Below are positions 51,300-64,000 of a stretch of 64,000 nucleotides of DNA, one piece after another (the stretch's first letter is position 1; every line of letters begins with the position of its first letter). The notes beneath the pieces are model-generated. The model ran no database searches and had not been told where the DNA came from. It saw only the letters and a program-made list of their open reading frames with translations. The stretch covers positions 65,100,001 to 65,164,000 of the forward strand of contig OX597818.1 of NCBI GenBank assembly GCA_951406725.2, written 5' to 3'. The translations under genes and the position numbers were made by a program. This DNA is from Octopus vulgaris. Lineage: Eukaryota.

Positions 51300-51625
51300 A
51301 GTGACTGTGTAAGTAGCTTTCTAACCAACCAAATGGTTCCGGGTTTAGTCCCACTGCGTGGCACCTTGAGCAAGTGTCTTTAACTATAGCCTAGAGCCGA
51401 CCATAGCCTTGTGTATATGTTTGCGTATGTGTTTGTTAGCCAACAGCCATTGACAACTGATGCTGGAGTGTTTACTTTCCCGTAACCTAACCATTCGGCA
51501 AGAGGAACCGAGAGAATAAGTACTACGATTACAAAGAATAAGTCCTGGGGTCGATATGCTAAACTAAAGCCGGTGTCCCAGTAGGACCGCATTCAAATGA
51601 CTGTAAAAAAAGTAAAAGAATAGAA
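51300..51625 (+). mobile_element. SINE family A
   Basis: GGTTCCGGGTTTAGTCCCACTGCGTGGCACCTTGAGCAAGTGTC..ACAAAGAATAAGTCCTGGGGTCGAT. Confidence 0.85.
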
Positions 51626-52119
51626 GAGTAGTTATGTTTGTGTGTGTGTGCGTGTGCGTCTCTCTGCCTGCTTCTCTATATAACTATATATGTATTTTTG
51701 TGTTCTTATGTGCGCGTGCGTGTGCTTGTGTTTAAGTGCGCGTATGTAGCACGTTGCTATCGAAAGTATTGTAGCTCATTTCAGATCGCTCTACGCGACT
51801 CGACAAAATTTAATATCCTCCGAGTGCTTGTGCAGCCGTCTCTCTATCCAAAACGTGCATCCCACACCCTTTCTCTCTCCCTCTCTCTCTCTCTCTCTCT
51901 TTCTCCCACTTTCTCTCTTATTTCGCCTCTTTCTCTCTCTCTTCCTCTCTGTCTTCCCGCAACTGTCATATACTCGACGTCCGATTGGTTCTATTGTTGC
52001 TAAACTGAGAGCAATGCCTATTTGTACCGCGTCAAATATGGCACCACAAGAATTTACGAAATTATATTACTTCTTGCTACATAACAGACATTTGCGACCG
52101 AACTTCTTAGTTTCCAATC

Positions 52120-52635
<516 letters not shown>

Positions 52636-53015
52636 AATTGAGATAGGGGTTGTAAATGCAACCCTCTATGGGATAACGTATATCCAATATACTGCTAGTG
52701 AAGTACCCAACAAAGTTAATACATAAATGTTAAGGATTGCGATGCAATCAATTCATTTACTGTATTATATGGGCAAATGTAAAATGATTTACCACAAATT
52801 ACTAATACAATTCTCTTTTATATATATTCTACTTATTATACAACATTACTCTTTTATGTACACCTTTTTATGTACATTCCTTTATGTACACTGATTTGTT
52901 CTGCTTTTTGTATTTAACCCTATAGTCTCTTATGTGGTGGTTTAATAAAGTATGTGATTGAGTATTATCTGGTAATTGATATTTGATTTAGATGTATTTC
53001 TCCATTTTCTTATAC

Positions 53016-53094
<79 letters not shown>

Positions 53095-53940
53095 ATAAAT
53101 ATTAGCGAATAAATCCAAACTTACAGGGAAAAATCAGATTTAGGATTGAATCCAATTTATAGTAAAATATTATATTATATTAAATTAGAGACAAAACCAC
53201 TATTAGGCAAATCATACAATGAAAAACTTAAGCCAATACATAAGATTATTTAATTTATATTATTTAAATATATAACAAAATTATTAAAAAATATAATTAA
53301 TATATCACTACGATCGTTTCATGGCTGTTAATTTCTTTAAATTTTCAAGTCACAGTCATTCATCAGGTGGTTTAAATATTTCTCTTGGCGAGGTTTAAAC
53401 AATGAACAAGTTCATTGTCTAAACCTCGCCAGCTACTTACCACATTCCTGCGCTCATATATTTGTAAATATTTTGAAACGAAGAAACCAATTATAGAACA
53501 GCGATGGAACCCAAACTGATACAGGAACATACAAATGTTGAAAATGGTACACATTAGACCAACAAAAACAACAAAACACCGTGAGAGGGTTGTATTAATC
53601 AATTCGGTCAATAAACCCCATTGTTTAGCAGCTGACCACCAGTTGGGTTCAGAATTTATCGAGTGTCACGCCTTGAATGAAACAGAACAGGGCTGATTGA
53701 ATATTTATCCTTAAAATCTGCAGAACGAATAGCAAATAAATCAAACACTATCACACAGAACTCCATTCCCACGTTATTATCATTCCGTTGTCTACTCCCA
53801 CCATGTACATCCGGATGCCCACGGATGATACGGACTTTTCTGTATTCATCCGAAGGATACGGGCTCTGATGTTAAATCATGTTATTTGTGGAAACGCGCG
53901 TAGCAATGCATTGAATGTTTATAAATTCTACTGTAGGGTT
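53095..53940. repeat. Longest Penelope-pLTR-like segment (family 6) with hairpins and two hammerhead-like motifs
   Basis: Follows (TA)n. Related starts at 54490-54660 (+) and 20700-20800 (-). Hairpins at 53386-53431 and 53822-53852. Confidence 0.6.
53306..53369 (-). ncRNA. Type-I hammerhead motif with canonical core (family 6)
   Basis: CAC CTGATGA ATGACTGT..ACAGCCAT GAAA CGATCG TA GTG. Palindromic helix III and a GUA cleavage triplet. Confidence 0.75.
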
Positions 53941-55104
53941 ATTCTTATTATCATAATTATCCCTCATTAGGAGCTTTATTTGCATACCCCAGACGTTACC
54001 CAGACGAATTTAAAAGATATGTGTGTTTGCGATTGTGTGTGTGTGTGTTTGCATCTATATATATAATTGAAATTCATAGAAAAGAGAAGTCGAATACAGC
54101 TGTATAAACAAGAAGCAGGTACATTACTTTGACGCTTGGGAGTGGTGATAAAGTCCTTGATGTTTCGAGCCTATGCTCATCAAGAGAAAGGAATACGAAG
54201 AAATAAACAGAGAGATAAATAAAAATAATTTTAAAAAACTGCTGGATAAATCATGCCGACTATTTGGTTAAAAGTAATTGGTCAGGAGAGCTAGAAAGAA
54301 AAGGAAGTACTAAAATATTCGTGAAACTAAAACGAAGGTTCGCGTACGTGTGAGTATGTGATAGTGTTTATATATGTAAATGTGGGTATATATATATATA
54401 TATATATTACATATGATATATATATATATAATATCTAAATATATTATATATATATATTATGTATATATATATATATATATATATATAATAATATTAGGGA
54501 ATAAATCCAAACTTACAGGGAAAAATGAGATTTAGGATTAAATCCAATTTTATAGTATAAATATACTATATTATATTATATTATATTAGAGATAAAACCA
54601 CTATTAGGAAAATCAAACAGTGAAAAACATAAGCTATTACATAAAATCAATTTAAAAATATAAAAAGTTAAAAATAAAAATTTATTTAAAAAAATTATTT
54701 ATTTATTTATTTATAAGTATAGAAATGCATGTATGTACATATGTAGATAGATAATATACGTATATATATTTACGTATATTATATATATACATATGTACAT
54801 ACATACATTTCTATACTTATAAATCTATTCATATAAGTATCTATACATTTATTTATGTATGCATATTCATGTATCCATAACTGTTTCATTAACGATCTCT
54901 TTTATACTTATATAGCAAGGAATCCTTCCTCAAATATAATAATACCATAGTAACAATGAATTAATTTGTAAACGTATTAATAACCCACCGAAAAAGCGCT
55001 CGATTTCAATTCTCCATATTGAAATTGAAAATCAGAAATTTATATTAGATTTAAATAATTTTGAATTGCACTGTAATTCAAATCTGACAGAAATTGCAAC
55101 AGGC

Positions 55105-55800
55105 CAAAACGTGGCTGTGTGGTCAGAGTCTTGCTTTCTAACTGCATGGTTTCGGGTTCAGTTCCACAGCGTTCTACCTTGGGCAAGTAAGTTTTGGCAT
55201 AGCCTCGGGCCGACCGTAGCCTTGTGAGAGAATTTCGTTAGTAAATAAATTTCGTCATATATATATGTGTGTATGTCTGCATATATATATGTTGTTGCTG
55301 TGATGCAAAAATATCGTATGTCCCAAAACTTTGCTGTTTCATTAAACTCAGAAATAGTCCCACCATTCTCTAGCAAAACCACTGTACTACACTTTGACAA
55401 TTTTTGATACCTTGGCGTCTGAACAGGCTGGAGATACGATAGTTTGACAAAAATAACCGACTATTTCAAGCAAATATTGAAAACAAATGCATTTGACCAA
55501 ATTTGGACATGCAAACGTTTAACATAACAGCAACGCTATATATATATATATATGTATATATACACATATGTGTGTGTGCATATTTATTTCTCTCTTTGTT
55601 TGGCTCGTCCCAGCACTTGAAAGCCGGCGTTGGTACGTTTACGTTCCATTCATTTAGTGATTCCGCAAAAACAACCGCTAGCATAATTTACCAGGCTTTA
55701 AAGTATTAGAGCTGTCGTTGGCTTATTTGACTAAAATTCTTCAAGTCTGTGCCCCAGCATGACCGTAGTCCAATGACTTAAACCTGTATAAAGGTAAAAA
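55105..55800 (+). mobile_element. SINE family A, interrupted in its microsatellite
   Basis: Head at 55105-55270 and tail at 55590-55800. Confidence 0.75.
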
Positions 55801-56839
55801 GTTTTTTTAAATTGCATTTATTGAATTATGTGGGCGTCGTAGAAATTTGTTTGCAATTAGCAATATCTCTGCGTTGCTTTTTGGGTGTTTGTTTCTAAAT
55901 GTAAATTGACCATATTGTCATTTCATCATTTGGTTGAAGTGTGATACATTTAAAGCAGTTGCTTCAATTTCGATGATAGAACTCGTCCTCAGTATATCTG
56001 ACCATGTTCATGATTTAAATGAGGAATAACCATGTACTTAGGAACGTCGTTGTTGGGGTTTTATGATCTCTCTTACTGGGAAACGCCTTCGGAAATCGCC
56101 TTCTTCAAAGTTCCCCTTGTCGATAAATAATGAATAGATTTGGTAGACGGAGAAGGGATGAAACCTGCCGTTTTTCAGCGTCCGTGCCTGCGTGTATACG
56201 CATGTAAGTGTGCATCCTGGTGTCTGTTGTTGGCTCTCAGTTGCTTCACATCTGGTGTTGGTTTGTTTACATTCCCGTGACTTTGCAGGTCTGCAAAATG
56301 TATGAACTTGTATCGATTTGTCTCATTAAACCATTGAAAACGATGCTCCATCTTGGCCGCATGCTATTGTCTGAAACAAGTCAAAGATGAAATATTTATT
56401 GCACAGCTAACAAATGAAAAAAATAAAATGAAAACAAAATTAATCCATCATTCAGAATTGAATTTCTACGCAGCGTTCCGAAGCGGAGAAACACAAAACT
56501 GTAGCCATGGTTACGGACATAACTTCCTTATAAATATGCAACAGAAGCATATTTATAAGGAAGTTATTGATAACTCTACAGTATGCGTTCCAATAGATGT
56601 GTCATATCGTCGATGATTCCATTGTAATCTACCGTAAGATTGAAGACATAATATGAACGTTTTATTTGACATAAACCCAAACTAAATTCAGATGGAAGGT
56701 TTATATCACAAAATTATTAGGCCAAAAAGATATTTTCTAAATTAATTACGATAATAATATTGGTTTCAAATTTTGGCACGAGGCCAGCAATTTCGGCGAA
56801 GTCGATTACATCCCCCAAATACTTGATTGGGACTTACTA

Positions 56840-56950
56840 CAGGCATATGGCGTAATGGTTATGAGCGCGTGCTACTAACCCAAAGATTCCGAGTTCAATT
56901 CCAGGCAGTGACCTGAATAATAATAATAAGAAGAAGAAGAAGAAGAAGAA
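56840..56950 (+). mobile_element. tRNA-like head and (AAT)n(AAG)n of the hammerhead element
   Basis: GGCATATGGCGTAATGGTTATGAGCGCGTGCTACTAACCCAAAGATTCCGAGTTCAATTCCAGGCAGTGACC. Confidence 0.8.
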
Positions 56951-57405
56951 GAAGATGAAGAATACATTACAGAAACAGATTTACCTGAGGTAAAAGAAAA
57001 GCTAAAGCAAGATATCCTTGTCAAAGCACAAAGGATCTGCCGATATGAGAAACGCCAACGTTTCTTTGAACAAAACAAACAGTTCAACTCCAACCCCAAA
57101 ACATTCTACCAAGAACTTGGCAAAAATAGAGTAGACATCACTGCAGCACCAACGGCAGAAGTAGAAGAATTCTGGAAAGGAATATGGTCAGCGAATAAAC
57201 ATCCTCAGAAAAGGACTATTAAAACTACGAATTTAGCACCTGGGCAACGCTGGACCCCTATAACAACCGAAGAGATCACCCAGGCACTGCAAAGACTATG
57301 CAATTGGAAGGTAACTGGGCACGTCAAGATCCCCAACTTCTTGTTAAAATATCTGACAGGAATAAAGAAAAAGATGGCTGAAAACTTTAACAACATATTA
57401 GCAAA
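56951..57405 (+). mobile_element. R4/Dong-like retrotransposon, region upstream of RT (open frame without ATG)
   Basis: EKLKQDILVKAQRICRYEKRQRFFEQNKQFNSNPKTFYQEL..EEFWKGIWS..ITTEEITQAL..NWKVTGHVKIPNFLLKYLT. Confidence 0.85.
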
Positions 57406-57819
57406 CTCTTGGTTTCCTGATCAATCCCACTGCGCGGAATTTTGTGAAAATGTCTTTTATATACACCAGGACTTACTACTGCATTCTGAGTTATTTTACA
57501 GTAAGGAAACTGTGAGGAAGCCTATCGTATATGTACGTGTATGTTATTATATTGGTTTGTGTTTCCTTCTAACATAGTGGTTCCACAAATGATCAATACA
57601 ATAAGTGCTGGTTCGATTTGTTCCCAACGAACCGTCCAGGGTGGTGTCCCAGCATTGCCGGAGTCCAATAACGTAATTGAATAAAGGATACAGGAAAGGA
57701 GTAAGAACCGAGATCTCGGAATACTGTAGATATACTTAAATAGGCTGCTGAAAACTGCGCATTATAATTTCTGTTATAACAGTTCCATGATACATTAGAC
57801 AACAAAGTAGAGAGACGTA

Positions 57820-58500
<681 letters not shown>

Positions 58501-58994
58501 GAATAGAAGAATACTGAACTGTTAAGGAGGCCGAAACGCTTCTTAAATATTCGCACAGTAATCAAACGCTTGATATTTCACCCTCCCATTTCCACCCTCG
58601 GTATTTTTTTCATTTTTTAAATTTTAATCAGCAGTGTTCCCTTTTACACGCGCGTCTTGTCAGCTGCTCATCTCAACGTCTGCACACCCGCATCTCTGTT
58701 TTACAGACATTCGAAAGACGAAAGAAGTCTGCCTCTTTGTCTCTATTTCTCTCTCTGTTTTCATATGTGAACGTTCACGTATGATCACGTGGACACGTAT
58801 GCACACACACACACACACGCGTACGCACACACACACACACAGATAAGCACATGCAATCACACTCGCAGTCCTATTATAGCTATTATGCCACAGACACATG
58901 TATGTGTACATATGTATATATATATATATATATATAGATATATGTGAGTGTGTACGTATATATATATATGTGTGTGTGTGTTTGTGTGTGTATG

Positions 58995-59026
<32 letters not shown>

Positions 59027-59032
59027 TGTGTG

Positions 59033-59097
<65 letters not shown>

Positions 59098-59351
59098 GCA
59101 TATACACGCACAGGCACACACGCACGCTTATATATATGGTTTCATACCTGTAAATGTAATTCGGTTGTAGGAGTGGTGATTCCGTTAGATCTTCAAGTTA
59201 ACCACTCCCAGTTGCTTCCGTGTTCCTCGGAGACTTCATGTTCCTTGCGTGTATCAGCTAATGTATATATATATATATGTCCGTACTCACCATTATCAAT
59301 TTAAAATAATTGAGAAAAATAAATATAATGAGCGCAACGCATATTTCTGTC

Positions 59352-59405
<54 letters not shown>

Positions 59406-61008
59406 CGTATACAAAAGAAACGATAGCAAATAAACGGAGTAAAAGTAATTAAACAATGAAACAGACGTGCCGAGTGATTACTGATAGACTAAACAACAAA
59501 TCTCAACAAAAATTCAACAAATATTTTATCAAAGGCAAGCGCATCTATTTGACTTCAAGAGCTTCTGTTACAATAAGGATGTAAACATCGTAAAGAATTT
59601 CCTTGCAATCGATTCGAAAACGCCTGTTGTCGAAAGTTAAAAAGCTATTTTCTCTGATTCCATTGTTTGTCTATCACATGTTAATGATGTGTCTGCATAT
59701 TACACTTGACAACTACTTTCAGTGGAATAACTTAGGCGTGTATTGACTACAATGAAACTTCCACCGATGTTGTCAATCATGGCGGAATAAAAAAACACAA
59801 ATATCTGCAGGATATATGAGGAAAATGAAGAGTGTGTGTGAGAGAGTTGCTTTGCACCTGTGAACAGAACATATTTGTGCAAACAATGTAGGATGAGAGG
59901 GGCAAACTGTCAGAAATGCTGAATCTCGCTCGTCGTTTTTTTTATTATCAATTGGATTTTCTTGTTTAACAAGCAAAGAATGAGAAGAGAACAGAAATAA
60001 GAAGAAAAAATACAATAACATTGACAATGTTGTCTAAGAACGAAATGTAAAATAATTGATCTAAGAGATGTGAGAATTAAAAAAGCAGTTTTAATACTGT
60101 TAGTTTTGCGATTTATATAAATCTTCGTAGATAGCATTTGGGACAATAGTTGTTGTTGTTGTTTAAGTAGCTCTCCTGCTTATGTTAAATTTCCATTGAT
60201 CCTCCGAAATACTAAATCTCCCATTCCTTTGATCCACTTACTTGTAAAGCATTTCTGCTTTCCTACATTCATCTAGTTTCACTTTGATGTGATCCGTCAC
60301 TTAATTTTAAGTCTAGAATGTTTTGTATTCGCTGAACGCTATTATCTTCCTCGCGTGCTTTGATCTCATTGTGTTTAAGCGAGAATTGAACAAGTCATTT
60401 ATCCTAATTAAAAGAAATGATTAAAACAACAAACTACACAGACGTTATCAAATTATTTCGTTGTGAAGTAAATAAATAATTACGCTGAATAATACTGTTT
60501 CGAATTTCTAAAATGTTGCTGACCATTTTCTTTCTAAATACCAAAGAGTATAAATAGATGTAAGACTGGAAGACATATTGTTTGAAAAATAATGTAATCT
60601 AAATATAACCATGCAAATTACAGGTGCTCGCTGTACTTTACCCTCGCAACATTGAGGAAATTGGGAAATTATACATTTGAGGTGTTGACAGAAATATCCT
60701 TTTGTCAGCAACTCGTGCGCAAGATCTATTCCCTGAAGACGAAGGCTCGTCTCATCCGACGATGGAGTCAATCTACAAGCATAATTTGGGACCACTGAGT
60801 CCCTAGAAACAGCTGTTGGAGTTGTAATACATTTCTTCAAAACCTTTGATTTTTGATATCATTTCGGACTATGTTCTATGTAAGCATCTACAAATTTTAT
60901 ATTCCATGTAAATAGTATACTTTGCTTATCTTAACTTGCTTAACTTTGCATTTACTTATATAACATTTGCCATGCAGGACCGCTGAAATATACAGGTTTT
61001 TTTTCTTC

Positions 61009-61014
<6 letters not shown>

Positions 61015-61082
<68 letters not shown>
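61015..61082. repeat. (CT)n microsatellite
   Basis: Direct observation. Confidence 0.95.
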
Positions 61083-61090
<8 letters not shown>

Positions 61091-62352
61091 GTTTATTTTC
61101 TCTTATTCCTTTCTGTTCAATAGGGTAGGCTCGAAAAGCAAAATGCTTCTACATTTTCCCGAGCTTCAAACTAATACACTTGCTTGTTGTTCATACACCT
61201 GTCTTCATTTTTTGTTTTTCTATGAATTTCACCTACACACACACACACACACACATACACACACACACACAAACACAGACACACACACAGTCACACACAC
61301 ATGCACACACACACACATACACATATATAAGTAAATGTACGATCCATGGATCAAGGTGTAGTAAGAGGGTAAGCTTCGAGCAGTCTGTATACGGTATAAA
61401 AATTAACTTTCAGGAACAATAGTGTTTTACTGACGTAGTAATTTTAAATTTTACCCACATCGAAGTTAGATAACTTGAAAAAAATCTGTTATCTAGCTTA
61501 CTGTCTATGCGAAGTAATATCCAAAATTAGGGATTTGAGTACATAGTGTCCGCACTACATATGTTTCGTACCTAGCAGAACTTTGGAAGTTGTAATTATC
61601 TAAACAAGAGGCAATTCGCAAAGTGGTTGACATTGTCGTCCTGGGATCCCATGTTGACTCGTTGGAGATGCGATTCAAAATGTGGGGAAAGCATAGAGAC
61701 AAATGAAAAACTCATTAGCGAATTTATAGGAGGGTCTACATGAAAGGAATGAAAATACAAAAATTGAAGGTATAGGGGGAGAGTTAGGAGAAAATTTTGT
61801 ATAATTTAAACTAGCTTTGTGAAATTAGGCCGGTATGATTGACGGGTCTATTACAGAATAAAAACGTAGATATATTGTGGAACTCTGAAAATATATTGAA
61901 ACAGACCTTGTGAGTGGTGTTAGATTAAGAAATTGTCAGTGAGGGGAGGAAAGTGAGGTGGGAGATAATGTTCTGGTCAGTAAAGAAACATAGTTAAGTT
62001 GTTTGATTATCGCTTAGTTTTAAAATTATATAAGCACTTATTAGCACCCATGCGCGTATTTTTTGTGCACCTGTAGAATCTCGTAGGTGTGAGAGCACGT
62101 GTGAGCACTTGTATATTCTCGTGTTAAGAAGTAAGATTCAGCGTTAAAATCTGAGGAAACACGGAATGAGGCAGAAAAAATGTCAATAGAAAAAAAATGA
62201 AAAATATAAGATAACATAATGTAAAATATATAAAGGTGATCAAAAAGTTGTTAGTTATGAAAACTTAGGTCTGCAAGTGGTGGTGGTGGTGGGGGGGGGC
62301 GACAGGGGAATATTTGAGCAATGACACGGGGGTGGAACGCAGTTATTTGTCC

Positions 62353-62765
62353 TTAGAGAAAGTGTGGTGTAATTTGTGTCTGCAACCAAAAATTTAATTA
62401 ACTTCGTTCGTTCAAACAACTTGTGGATTGCATAATCGAATTTGGCGATGCATGGATCGCATTTGTCGTTAGAGCCGTTATACGGTTTAGCATGAGTGAC
62501 TATGGAGCATGTTGAATTATATGGAGTTGAATTTTGTTTAATGTTGTGAGTTAGCTGAAATAAAGAAGAAAAAAAAGAAAACAGTGCTATTTGATTTCTA
62601 GCCTTGGTGTTTTGAAGCTAGAACAGTAATTGCTCACTCTTACTTTGAAGGCAGTGCAGCATGGGCCGATGTATTTAGAAATGGAATTCTCAGTTGAAAC
62701 CGTGCATTTGAATAGAATATTTTTGTTGTTTTTTTTTTTTGTAAGACATCGATTATCTAAGCGAC
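62353..62765 (-). mobile_element. Penelope-like element GIY-YIG endonuclease fossil (Cys-containing, Neptune-like)
   Basis: LDNRCLTK..KNILFKCTVSTENSISKYIGPCCTAFKVRVSNYCSSF..SIVTHAKPYNGSNDKCDPCIA..CLNERS..GCRHK, with frameshifts. Not reported in the ORF track. Confidence 0.8.
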
Positions 62766-63209
62766 GGGTGGTATGTATTTTATATATTCATCTTCTAGGT
62801 ATGTATGTATGTATGTATGTATGTATGTATGTATGTATGTATATATAAACCTTTTGGCCACCTTTTGGCCACCGTATCTAAAGCTGTTAATAGAGCAGTT
62901 AGATTTTTATGTATTTTTCAGGAATTTTCCCGAAACAAGTATAAAATTGTATTTTATACATATAAAGCATAAAATAACATCGAGGCACTGAAAATCAATA
63001 TTTTTATTTGTAAACAAATTTTAATCCGACTTTGTGGAAGACTGATGAAAATATTTTCAAAAACTTAATCATGGCGGTGATGTATATTTCTGAGAAATCA
63101 AACGCGTAATTCAGGAAATAAATCCAATTTCATTGCCCTCTACCTTATATTGTCAAAGACGAATATTTGAATAATTATATTTTGTAAATTAAATAATCAT
63201 TGAAATATT

Positions 63210-63413
63210 AGTTCCTAGTTTTGGCACACGACCAGCAAATTTTGAGAAGCGGGTAAGTCGATTATATCGATCTCAGTGTTGAACTGGTGTATAATTTCAT
63301 CGATCCCGAAGGATAATTGGCAAAGTTGACCCCGGTGCAATTTCTATTCAAGACTGGAAGTGTGACGAAATGTCCCGAAGAATTTTGCCCGGTGTACTAA
63401 CGATTCTGACAGC
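63210..63413 (-). mobile_element. SINE family B, degenerate
   Basis: GTCGATTATATCGATCTCAGTG..TCGATCCCGAAGGAT..GCCCGGTGTACTAACGATTCTG. Confidence 0.75.
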
Positions 63414-63474
<61 letters not shown>

Positions 63475-64000
63475 CATGGGTATCTCAACAGACATGATAG
63501 AGTTGCACAATATATTCACTGGGTAATTTGCAAAAGCCTGGATTTGCCCCATGATAAAAACTGGTGGGAACACAAACCACCTCCAGTGCTTGAAAATGAC
63601 CACATCGCACTCCTCTGGATCTTCCCCATTCAAACTGACAGAAAGATAGACGCGAATAGGCCAAACATCATAGTAAAAGTCTTCAGACAAAAACGTGCCT
63701 CCTCATTGATATGACTGTCCCAATCGATATAAACGTATCTGTCAAGACCTACCAGAAACTGAGCAAATATAAAGTTCTTGAAATAGAAATCAGAAAAATG
63801 TGGAACCTGAAGACTAAAACAATACCCGTTGTCATAGGTGCCCTGGGAATGATAGCAAAAGGGGCTGATTGCTACCTAACTCAGATACCAGGAAACCCCA
63901 AAATGGCAGAAATTCAAAAGATAGTGGTCATGGGAACTGCTCATATCCTACGCAAAATACATTCTATGTAATCTCAGGGTTTAAAACAAATATAATTTTC
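63475..64000 (+). mobile_element. R4/Dong-like retrotransposon 3' end (RLE domain) inserted after (AAT)n
   Basis: YLNRHDRVAQYIHW..IQTDRKIDANRPNI../LIDMTVP..QKLSKYKVLEIEIRKMWNLKTKTIPVVIGALG. One frameshift near 63690. Confidence 0.92.

Overview
AT-rich, microsatellite-saturated, non-genic (intergenic or intronic) animal DNA. The repeat families look like those of an octopus genome; this is recognition from memory, not a database result. I find no intact host protein-coding gene, rRNA, true tRNA or CRISPR array, and almost every ORF in the track is a translated (TA)n/(TG)n/(AAT)n repeat or SINE. The window holds: a near-complete CR1-group LINE ORF2 (APE endonuclease plus RT, minus strand, about 47.7-50.8 kb) and a second 3' fragment; four R4/Dong-like RLE fragments; two RTE 3' fragments; a Penelope-like GIY-YIG fossil; Tc1, mariner-like and hAT DNA-transposon remnants (one hAT with a perfect 8-bp TSD); and dozens of copies of three tRNA-derived SINE families. 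The most striking signal is about 25 minimal type-I hammerhead-ribozyme-like motifs (CYGANGA...GAAA-palindrome-UH) in six recurring repeat families plus singletons. One family is a composite of a tRNA-like Pol III head, an (AAT)n spacer and a hammerhead module. It is flanked by 11-12 bp TSDs and often carries a fold-back inverted copy, which makes it a candidate Penelope-mobilised ribozyme SINE (retrozyme-like element). Boundaries of degenerate repeats are approximate, read by eye.
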